Of a stretch of DNA of 64,000 bases, positions 1 through 8,272 are shown piece by piece. Under the pieces are notes generated by a model. The model saw only the letters and a list, made by a program, of their open reading frames with translations, did not search any database and was not told where the DNA came from. Origin of the DNA: Guillardia theta CCMP2712 (lineage: Eukaryota; Protista; Cryptophyta); contig NW_005434471.1 in the NCBI RefSeq assembly GCF_000315625.1, positions 1-64,000 of the forward strand. The letters run 5' to 3'. Positions within the stretch are counted from its first letter, which is position 1, and every line of letters begins with the position of its first letter. The position numbers were made by a program, and so were the translations under genes.

Positions 1-283
1 CCTAAACCCCTAAACCCTAAACCCTAAACCCTAAACCCTAAACCCTAAACCCTAAACCCTAAACCCTAAACCCTAAACCCTAAACCCTAAACCCTAAACC
101 CTAAACCCTAAACCCTAAACCCTAAACCCTAAACCCTAAACCCTAAACCCTAAACCCTAAACCCTAAACCCTAAACCCTAAACCCTAAACCCTAAACCCT
201 AAACCCTAAACCCTAAACCCTAAACCTTAAACCCTAAACCCTAAACCCTAAACCCTAAACCCTAAACCCTAAACCCTAAACCT
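1..283. repeat. Terminal telomeric tract (CCCTAAA)n / (TTTAGGG)n
   Basis: About 40 near-perfect CCCTAAA units from base 1, with one CCTTAAA variant. The C-rich strand is on +, as expected for a left chromosome end. Confidence 0.98.
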
Positions 284-284
284 C

Positions 285-317
<33 letters not shown>

Positions 318-327
318 CGATTTTATT
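285..327 (-). terminator. Poly(A)-signal-like AATAAA followed by (ACT)11 3' tail of element A
   Basis: Plus-strand TTTTATT at 321-327 and 11 AGT units at 285-317, next to the telomere. Short-repeat tails are typical of non-LTR 3' ends. Confidence 0.7.
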
Positions 328-386
328 AGAATGCTAGAATAGTCGCATCGGGTACCTTCCCGGTCTAGTCTAGTCTAAATGGGTTC

Positions 387-923
387 TCACTCTTGGCAGA
401 GCGGCCCTTCTTGGATGGCCCGTTGTGGCATCCAGAGTTCTATCGCTGTTCCGCTGTTTCTGTTGTTTCCATAGTCCTCCGTTCCGAGCCGCCGGTGCCG
501 TATCTCCTCCGGGCCCGGGTTGACGGTTTCAGTGTAACCGTCCACCTTTCTATTTTTTGCGCTAAGTCCATGTCCCTTCCCTGCCTGCCGCTTGTGAAGC
601 TTCCCCATCGGTCTGTCCTCGTTGCCCTTTCCCCTGTCGTCATCCATCTGTCTCCTGTGTCCTAGCCCCTTCCTTGCCATGCTGGTTGTTTTTCGCCTGT
701 GAGGCTTCCCTTTCGGTCTGTCCTCGTTGATCGTTGCCCTTTCGTCTTCCATCTGTCTTCTGTGTCCTTGCCCCTTCCCTGCCATGCTGATCCTGGCTGC
801 TTGCCTTAGAGGCTTCCCTTTTGATCTGTCCTCGTTGATCTTTACCCCTTCATCTTCCAACCATCTTATATCCTTCATGCTTGTTCTCTGTTGGTCGTGT
901 CTCCTCGTCTCCTTGAGGTCCAC
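387..923 (-). CDS. Possible ORF3: basic protein made of ~35-aa repeats (or just a 3' UTR tandem repeat)
   Basis: 178 aa with three degenerate INEDRxKGKP...GKGxGHRRQM units. Overlaps the end of ORF2. Confidence 0.3.
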   Translation of the reverse strand: MDLKETRRHDQQRTSMKDIRWLEDEGVKINEDRSKGKPLRQAARISMAGKGQGHRRQMEDERATINEDRPKGKPHRRKTTSMARKGLGHRRQMDDDRGKGNEDRPMGKLHKRQAGKGHGLSAKNRKVDGYTETVNPGPEEIRHRRLGTEDYGNNRNSGTAIELWMPQRAIQEGPLCQE

Positions 924-1870
924 AGCATGTGTTGCACTTCGAGCAGCTGGATGACTATCTTGGTCATGGCTCTGTCAATCATATCCTCGTCCATGAGCAA
1001 GTTCCGGAAATTTGTGGTCCATTCCCGCTCCATAATACTGCCTCTCACTCCTGCAATGAACGTGGCTTGTATGACCTCTGTGTTGTCGCTCCTACTTGTC
1101 ATCTCTGCCCGCAGTGCTGCATATTTCTGTTCTTTCTCCTGAAACTTTGCTTTCAGGTTTGCCAGACTGCTTCCCTCGCCCGTGAACTCTGAAGTTCTCG
1201 CTATCTCCACCAGCACAATGCGATTGCTCCCTCTGAAGTAGCAGAGCCCATCTGGTATGAGATTGCCGTGCTCTGGTGCAGTCAGTCCTAGCCCTGTCAT
1301 AGAGTTGATTGGCGTTTGCCACCAACTCTCCTGTTCAACACTTTTCTTCTTCCAGCTTTCTGTCAGGCATCCCTTGATTGTCTCCATTACTCTGTTGTGT
1401 GCCAACGCGATCATGAGCTCAAATTCTTTGCAGGCTAGCTGAACATGCACCCAGCTTTCTTCCCTGCCTTCGCACCATGGGCAACAGGGGGATGTCGTCT
1501 TCTTCCACTGGAACAGCTTTTTCCTCGTTGGTGCTGACCAGGTAATGGCTTGGATAGCTGTCCGAAGTACTGATCCGCGACACCTCTGTAAGGCTCGACC
1601 TAGGATCCTTCTGCCCACTTGTGGTTCCAGGAGAAAGGTTTCCGTCAAGGTGAGGGGGGCTTCTTTCCTCCTCAGTTCCAGTTGTTCTTCTCTGATTATC
1701 TTATCCCATATTTTCAATCGATCCATCCCCGGCTTGAAGTTCTCTTCGTCTGCGATGCAGAATCCCAAGTCGCTGTCGATGAGGGCCCGTTCCCACGTGG
1801 AGGAGAAGGAGGATTTTCCCTTGCGGGCTTCTTCTGCAGCTTCTTGCACTACGGTGTGGTCTGCGATCAT
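875..1870 (-). CDS. Element A ORF2: CCHC zinc knuckle + restriction-like endonuclease (RLE), no RT
   Basis: CPWC-x5-SWVHVQLAC, AHNRV, LIPDGL, LVEIART, KEQKY and FIAGVRG appear in the canonical RLE C-terminal order. The frame is open upstream to ~1963. Confidence 0.85.
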   Translation of the reverse strand: MIADHTVVQEAAEEARKGKSSFSSTWERALIDSDLGFCIADEENFKPGMDRLKIWDKIIREEQLELRRKEAPLTLTETFLLEPQVGRRILGRALQRCRGSVLRTAIQAITWSAPTRKKLFQWKKTTSPCCPWCEGREESWVHVQLACKEFELMIALAHNRVMETIKGCLTESWKKKSVEQESWWQTPINSMTGLGLTAPEHGNLIPDGLCYFRGSNRIVLVEIARTSEFTGEGSSLANLKAKFQEKEQKYAALRAEMTSRSDNTEVIQATFIAGVRGSIMEREWTTNFRNLLMDEDMIDRAMTKIVIQLLEVQHMLWTSRRRGDTTNREQA

Positions 1871-1897
1871 AGAGAGGTTGATCTCAATGCCCTCCCG

Positions 1898-1945
1898 CTG
1901 AAATTTGCTCAGGCATTCCTGAGCAAATTTCAGGTGTTCAAATCC
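1898..1945 (-). promoter_or_regulatory. Candidate -1 ribosomal frameshift signal (G_GAU_UUG + 5 nt + 16-bp perfect hairpin)
   Basis: Perfect inverted repeat 1898-1913/1918-1933 with a 4-nt loop. The heptamer at 1945-1939 is in ORF1 phase, and ORF2 is in the -1 frame overlapping the ORF1 stop. Confidence 0.5.
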
Positions 1946-3288
1946 TCCTCCATGTCGATGCCTTCAACGTTGATCTCGAGCCTGTTAGCGATCTCCAACA
2001 AGACTCTCTTGACTCTTGCGATAGACGTGTTGCCGCCGTTGCACAGCCCCTCCATCTCCTTCCTCGTGAAGCGACCAGATGCCGCCGTCGACTTGATGAT
2101 GATCTTGATCTCCTTGCCGTCCTTGCCGCCTGCCTTCTTCTGCATCCTTGATGCCTTCTTCAACTTATTTCTGGACACAAAGCGATCAGCTGTCAACTCG
2201 ACTGCGAGCGCCTCTCTGATCTTCGGGTCCTCGCTGAACAGAGTCAGGTGTACTCCCTCCATCGCTTCGCTCTCTCGGAAAGCTCGAAATGCTGTATCAT
2301 TCGCCTCTGGGCAGCTCGAGGAGACGATCCACTCCACCTCCCTCTGTCTCCAGATGACGTTGGCCCCTACAGCGATGAAGCCTTTCTGACCTAAGCCTTT
2401 GTGGACTTGCTGTCCTGGCGCCCCAGCGACCAGCATGCCTGCCAGCGGCTGGAGTTGGACCGCTGCAAGGGACTGGCGCAGCAGCTGATAGCGATAGACG
2501 GCAGCTATCTCAGCCGTTGTCATGCCGCCCAAGGTTAGCAGGTGAGTCAGCTCTGCCAAGCTGCCCCCTTTGCCCCAGGGTCCTCTCTTGGCTCGAATCT
2601 TGAAAGATCGATCGTGCACGATGCTCACATGTACAGCTGTGAACTTGCGACCATCGATCGCGAAGTCCTCTCTTCCCTGCCAGAGCTTCTCCGCTTGTGC
2701 ATTGCGGAGGAAGGAAACAGTCACCGGGATCTCCTCAGCACTCGCTATCTCGGGTCTATACGGAGCCTTCCACATGATTGCTTTACTCTCTTGCACTGAG
2801 TCTACGATCAGTCCGATCTCTTCAAATTTCTTCTTCAGCTTCTCTTCATGGTTGACATACACCGAGGAGATGCCCAGGAGAGTCATGGAGATGAAGGAAG
2901 TCACCTCGTTGCCTGCTGAGGCGGTGTATGTCTCGACCTTCTCCTTCTTGGCTTCTTCAATCTGCTGCATAAACCACTCTCTGGATGCGTCACTCCATCC
3001 AGTCATCGCTTCTTGCAGAAACTCACGTCGTGCCTGCTGACATGTCGAGCGGATGGCTTCAGCGATAGCGTCGGGGGTGCATCCCTCCACAGCCTTGCAA
3101 GCCTGGGCTGTCCTGCTGTTCGGATAACGCTTCGCGAAGCTCTTCACCCTCTCGACGAGATCAGCTTCGAGGACAGAGGCATCCACAAGTCCGCTCTGCG
3201 TGTATTGGCATGATCTCCGATACAGCAGGTTGCGAACATTTTCATCATACTGAAGAACCATACTTAGAAAGCTATTTGAAGTATACAA
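1930..3288 (-). CDS. Element A ORF1 (RRM-like, ORF1p/gag-like protein)
   Basis: 452-aa uninterrupted ORF. RRM-like pattern MTLLGI..EEKLKKKFEEIG..VTVSF..AEKLW..IDGRKFTAV. Paralogous to 3806-4738. Confidence 0.7.
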   Translation of the reverse strand: MYTSNSFLSMVLQYDENVRNLLYRRSCQYTQSGLVDASVLEADLVERVKSFAKRYPNSRTAQACKAVEGCTPDAIAEAIRSTCQQARREFLQEAMTGWSDASREWFMQQIEEAKKEKVETYTASAGNEVTSFISMTLLGISSVYVNHEEKLKKKFEEIGLIVDSVQESKAIMWKAPYRPEIASAEEIPVTVSFLRNAQAEKLWQGREDFAIDGRKFTAVHVSIVHDRSFKIRAKRGPWGKGGSLAELTHLLTLGGMTTAEIAAVYRYQLLRQSLAAVQLQPLAGMLVAGAPGQQVHKGLGQKGFIAVGANVIWRQREVEWIVSSSCPEANDTAFRAFRESEAMEGVHLTLFSEDPKIREALAVELTADRFVSRNKLKKASRMQKKAGGKDGKEIKIIIKSTAASGRFTRKEMEGLCNGGNTSIARVKRVLLEIANRLEINVEGIDMEEDLNT

Positions 3289-3353
3289 ACCTCTTGCTTG
3301 CAGCTTCCTTGGCGCCCTGGCGGCTTCCCCTACACCTGACGAGGAGCCATGCT

Positions 3354-3657
3354 GCCGAAAATAACGGCGCCTGCCGAAAATAACGGCGCCTGCCGAAAAT
3401 AACGGCGCCTGCCGAAAATAACGGCGCCTGCCGAAAATAACGGCGCCTGCCGAAAATAACGGCGCCTGCCGAAAATAACGGCGCCTGCCGAAAATAACGG
3501 CGCCTGCCGAAAATAACGGCGCCTGCCGAAAATAACGGCGCCTGCCGAAAATAACGGCGCCTGCCGAAAATAACGGCGCCTGCCGAAAATAACGGCGCCT
3601 GCCGAAAATAACGGCGCCTGCCGAAAATAACGGCGCCTGCCGAAAATAACGGCGCCT
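3354..3657. repeat. 16 perfect copies of 19-bp GCCGAAAATAACGGCGCCT (5' end of element A)
   Basis: 304 bp = 16 x 19, directly abutting CCTAAA. Confidence 0.97.
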
Positions 3658-3808
3658 CCTAAACCCTAAACCCTAAACCCTAAACCCTAAACCCTAAACC
3701 CTAAACCCTAAACCCTAAACCCTAAACCCTAAACCCTAAACCCTAAACCCTAAACCCTAAACCCTAAACCCTAAACCCTAAACCCTAAACCCTAAACCCT
3801 AAACCCTA
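3658..3808. repeat. Interstitial telomeric tract 2
   Basis: About 21 perfect CCCTAAA units. Confidence 0.98.
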
Positions 3809-4738
3809 GAAAGTGCGTTTGTTGGGCTGACCTTGAGGTCTCCTCTTCGTCTTGACCTCTAGCTGCATGCCCGCTTCCGGCTGCACCTCCAACACAGCTA
3901 TTCCTTGTTGCAGCAGGTGTTGACGATAGATCACCGTAATCCCAGCTGAGTTCATGCCATTCATCTTGAGGAGGTGAGAGAACTCAGCTAGGGCCCCCGC
4001 CTTGCCAGAGTGCTTATCCTTCTGTGGCCTTATCTTGAAGGAGCAAGGATGCTTCGAATGCGCGTTCACCGCGCGGATCATCTTTCCGTCGATCCTGAAG
4101 TTCGTCTGTCCTTTCCACAGCAGTTCTGCTGCGTCGTTCAATTGGAGTGTTGCCACGACTGGGATTTCATCCACTGTCGGAATCAAATCTTTCTTGATCG
4201 GGGCTCTCCACGAGATGCATTTCTTGCCCTGCTCCTCGTGCACCAAGAGTCCTTGATCCTTCAACTTCTCACACAGTACCTCAACTTGTTTTATGTACTG
4301 GGTAGGAACTCCGAGGATAGCCATGGTAATCAGTTTACCACTCTCGGGGGACGCTCCTGAAGCATCGATGCAGGCACTCTTGTCTAGTACCTCCTGTTTG
4401 TCTGCGTTCCATGCAGAGACATACCACGACTGTCCTTCTTCCCCCCATTCTTTGATGGCATCCTCCTGGCTCCTGACTTCAGCATGTTTGCAGGTCTGTC
4501 GAATGGCTTCGGCTAAGGCGTTCATCGAGACTTCCTTGGACTGCAAGGCTCTGCCTGTCCTGCTCTGAGGGTACCGTAGTACTGCCTGACGAAGTGTTCC
4601 AATCTTCGGATCAGCTCTCCTAGCGAAGGTGCTGAAGGCGTCGTGTCCTTGTTTAGGAACTGGGAAACTCGGACACGAGCAATCTGTTTCCTTTCCTCTT
4701 TGGATAGATACCACATGATCAAACAACCGTTTCTGCAC
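3806..4738 (-). pseudogene. Element B ORF1, 3'-truncated at the telomeric tract
   Basis: Colinear with ORF1 of A (RYPQSRT/RYPNSRT, LAEAIRQTC/IAEAIRSTC, LWKG..F.IDG/LWQG..F.IDG, SFKIR, QPEAGM/QPLAGM). Its stop TAG is supplied by the telomere repeat. Confidence 0.85.
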
Positions 4739-7304
4739 AGAAAAATATCCTGTTCAGCACCCTAGCTCGCAGGGATCCCCTCAAACTGCAGGGGAGGAGA
4801 GCATGTCTGTTACTCCAGCGGCCTGTCTGTTACTCCAGCGGCCCTGTCTGTTACTCCAGCGGCCCTGCATTCCGTTCCAATTCCCTTCTGGATTTTTTCA
4901 CGTATCGAAAGGGGTTCTTATTCTCAAATATTTCGATTTCACGGTTCTGAAATTTTGTACTGCGATTGAAAAAGGTTCTGAAATATTATTGTGTAACGAA
5001 AAGAATCCTTTTCGCACAATTTTGGGCCATCTCCCCGCTCAAGCCCACCGTAATTCCCCGGCGCGCGCCGTGCCTGTGAAAATTTTTGCAATGGTCATGC
5101 TTCAGAGAAGCACGAATGAGGGTTCCATCTCTTGCAAACAACATGTTTCTATGCCATGGTTGCTTTTCTGAGAATGGTTTTGATCAAGGTTAGCATATTC
5201 CAAATCAGTATTTGATGCATGGTGTAGGTTTGTCTATGAAATCGGTGTATACAGAAGTGATTTGATGTTGGTTGTTCAATTTTGCCACTTATTGCTCCTT
5301 GCGATGATGGGGCAAAATCGTTATAATTGTAGCGTCATTACTCATGCACAATTATGGAGTGTGTTGGATGTGAATGTATTTGAGTCGAGCCAGTGACTTG
5401 TCAACCTGTTCTCATGTCCACCAACAAATTGTAAATCAACAAGATGTAAATCCTCGGTGAGCTTTGATTGCTGCAAGATTTCAAAGACTCGAATACATTT
5501 CTAGCACAGTATTTCAGCTTGAGAGTTTTTCTTCAGAGCAGGCTGTCTGATGCACTATGTAGAAGGGAGAAAACTTTTCGCAGTGATCAACAGCAAAGAA
5601 TTCAAGCCAGATGCGTTTTCAATTAGGAGAGCAGTGCTGATGCATTGCTCTGAGGCTGTCAAATTTGTTACGGTGCAGATGAATTCCTTGTAAACTTTCA
5701 ATTGCAGAAATTTTCAGATGAAGATGTTCCGTGAGTAGAGTTGAGATCATGTATGAAGTCTCGATGAAATGAATATGAGTTTTGACAAAATCAGGCTTTT
5801 CGAACATGTGTTCAGTTTCCCAGGGCCCCAGTATTGGCAAGGCTTTCACACGATGCCAAACATTCATATGTCTTTAGGGACACACATGTGCGGCATATGC
5901 GTGCTTGTACTAAAAGACTTGAATGTTTCTGTTGTAAGTCGATCAACAAAGGAGAAACCTTGCCACCGCGCATGCTAGTTCGAATCTTTTATTGAAAATA
6001 GACATGTTCATTACTGGACTGCATCTACACGATCAATAAGCCCATCCTTCCTTGTGCATTTGAACTCCGATGTTCAAGTATGTGATCATTGCCACCTGGG
6101 TGACACTGCACAAAATACAAGAAGTTTTCTTGCTTCTTGGGTATCAGTCTTGGATTGCTTCAAAATAGGGCGGAAGAGACGGGCAGTAGATAATTGAATG
6201 ACCTCAAAATCATCTTTTGTTGCTACATTGAGTACATGCATGCCTGTTAACAAACAGACGAGGCGAAAACTCACTTGCAGCTTTGCGATTCGACAAATAA
6301 GGGCATCAGTGCATGGGCCAGGATATCCACAATGACACGGCAACAATCCAAGAACTTTTGGATTGACAAACATTCTAGACATGTAGTCATGCATTAGAAT
6401 CAGTAACTTGCCTGAACAGAGCTTGTTGATGCAACTGCTCTCTTTCTGATAATAACATTGATGGCTGTCATTCAAGTCTAAAGTTAATGGGCCATATCCC
6501 CCAGTTCCTCTGACAGCAGTTGACTTAGATATTGGCTGAGATGAATCAAGATCTCGCTAAAAGATCAACATGTTCCCTGACTTCGAAAAGCGTTGACATA
6601 CATCGAAGTTTGAATCCATTGCACTTGGTTCATCACCACAACAGAGCTGCATTCATGCAAGGCAAGTTCTTTTCAAGACCCTTCTTGTATCTATGCAACA
6701 ATACAACATGATTCGAAGCATACACGCATGAAAATTCGATTGCAACACGTCCTCATGGTATCACGGCCATCGCTCCTTGTCGTGGCTCAAGCAGAAGGCG
6801 TGTGGGGTTGAGGAATAGACCCACCCCTACCTTCCGATTTCCATCTACTCAGGCTTTTTCAAAGGTAGGGGGTACTAGCTTTGGTCAAAGTAATTTGATT
6901 CAAATTTCCCTTGCGAGAGGGTCATTGAGCTATGGACCACAGGGGTGGGTGCTGTTTGACCACTTACCGGTAATCGAATATGATACTTTTCGACGCCAAT
7001 TCCAGTACGGAGAGCCCATACTTTTAAGATTTCATCCTTCCTCCCTTGAATCCAACCCACCCCACCCTGACTCTGACGGAGGGAAACGTACGGGTTCTCT
7101 AAACTATCTGAAACCACCCATGCGAACCTCACAGAAAATGAGGGACTTTTGTGGTACAACTTCATGTATGGGGTGCCCTGAGGACCTCCGTACAAATACC
7201 ACAACGCTTTGGAATAAGTATTTTAAGGGCAGTACAAACAAAACGCCCTGGTACTAAAGATTCCAGAAGGGGATTGGAACGGAATGTCTGTTACTCCAGC
7301 GGCC
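3809..7304 (-). mobile_element. Retroelement B (diverged relative of A), 3' part lost, 5' array interrupted by a TIR element
   Basis: ORF1 paralog plus a 5' array of TGTCTGTTACTCCAGCGGCC(C): 3 copies at 4804-4865 and a fourth split between 4866-4867 and 7287-7304, abutting CCTAAA. Confidence 0.75.
4868..7286. mobile_element. 2.4-kb non-autonomous DNA element with 25-bp terminal inverted repeats
   Basis: CATTCCGTTCCAATTCCCTTCTGGA (4868-4892) vs TCCAGAAGGGGATTGGAACGGAATG (7262-7286), 1 mismatch. Removing it restores an intact repeat unit of B. No recognisable transposase. Confidence 0.8.
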
Positions 7305-7433
7305 CCTAAACCCTAAACCCTAAACCCTAAACCCTAAACCCTAAACCCTAAACCCTAAACCCTAAACCCTAAACCCTAAACCCTAAACCCTAAACCTTAA
7401 ACCCTAAACCTTAAACCCTAAACTCTAAACCCT
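7304..7433. repeat. Interstitial telomeric tract 3 (with variant units)
   Basis: CCCTAAA with CCTTAAA and CTCTAAA variants at the inner end. Confidence 0.95.
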
Positions 7434-7530
7434 GCTAAAGAGGCGCGCGAGCACTGGGAGTACACGGCCTACAATGTGAACCCTGCTTCTGAGGTCTCTT
7501 TCTACTTTATACTTTTGCTGTCTTCTCTTG

Positions 7531-7717
7531 GCTTCCTCAGCCTCAGTCAGGAGAGTTGCCTCTCCTCACCTTCCGGGCCTTCGGCCCGGTCGCCACCTAC
7601 TCCTCCTCCATTCAGCTTCCTCACCCTCAGTCAGGAGAGTTGCCTCTCCTCACCTTGGCCTTCGGTCGCCACCGTTACTCCTCCTCCATTCAGCTTCCTC
7701 AGCCTCAGTCAGGAGAG
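7531..7717. repeat. 84/78-bp tandem repeat (about 2.3 units) with internal hairpins
   Basis: GCTTCCTCA(G/C)CCTCAGTCAGGAGAG at 7531, 7615 and 7693. GGAGAG-TTGC-CTCTCC stem-loops. Confidence 0.85.
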
Positions 7718-7756
7718 GGTTTAGGCCTAAACCCTAAACCCTAAATCCTAAACCCT
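7716..7756. repeat. Telomere palindrome AGGGTTTAGG|CCTAAACCCT and innermost short telomeric tract
   Basis: Perfect 20-bp palindrome at 7716-7735, continuing as degenerate CCCTAAA. Confidence 0.9.
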
Positions 7757-8272
7757 GCATTTTTGGCATCCAGGATGTGCTGTATGAGTCACAGGCTTGT
7801 GTAGTGTATGAGGGGATTCCGAATTCGTGTTGGGGAATGAAGGAGGCCGCGTTTTTTTGAGGTTTTGGGGAACAGTTGTCCTAAAGCAGTCGAGATACAA
7901 AAATGAAGCGAAGATGTCAGGGCTTCTCGTTAGGGCTTCTGTTGGGCGCTGTAGTGATGATATTAAAGAGTCGAGTGTGAGGAACAAGCGATGAACGAGA
8001 TATGTAGTTGTATTTGGATGCACGATAATCGACAACAATATGCAAGAGCTTCTAGTTGATCCAACAAAGAATCTTGTTTGAAAATTAGATGCTACAAGTC
8101 GTATTTAGGAGCACATTTGTTTCTCTGTATACTTGCGACTTGTTTTCCATGATCTGGCATTAATTATTATTTCGCAGGGGCTCAGAACCGAAAGCCAAGG
8201 ATCAATGTCTTCATAATCCTTGCACGAACAACATATATCATCTTCCGAATTTCATCAAGGTCATTTTGAAGG

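Larger units (their letters stand above)
284..3657 (-). mobile_element. Telomere-inserted non-LTR (RLE-type) retroelement A, lacking RT
   Basis: Flanked on both sides by CCCTAAA tracts. The minus strand reads: 5' tandem array, ORF1, ORF2 (CCHC + RLE), repeat-containing 3' region, AATAAA (321-327), (ACT)11 tail (285-317). Confidence 0.85.

Noticed and set aside
3300-3355. HDV-like ribozyme at the 5' end of element A (UCCUCGU motif)
   Set aside because: An L3-like motif is present, but I could not build the P1, P2 and P3 pairings.
3354-3657. 19-bp array (and the 30-bp array at 17225-17552) as CRISPR
   Set aside because: Head-to-tail repeats with no unique spacers, no cas genes, and a eukaryotic context.
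284-4738. Athena/Penelope-like or HeT-A-type terminal retroelement
   Set aside because: Orientation is opposite to 3'-end terminal attachment, and the nuclease is RLE rather than GIY-YIG or absent.
5100-6790. Transposase inside the TIR element
   Set aside because: Only short fragmentary ORFs on both strands, with no DDE or other motif I can recognise.
7531-7717. Hammerhead ribozyme in the 84-bp repeats (CUGAGGA on minus strand)
   Set aside because: No properly placed GAAA core or stem II.
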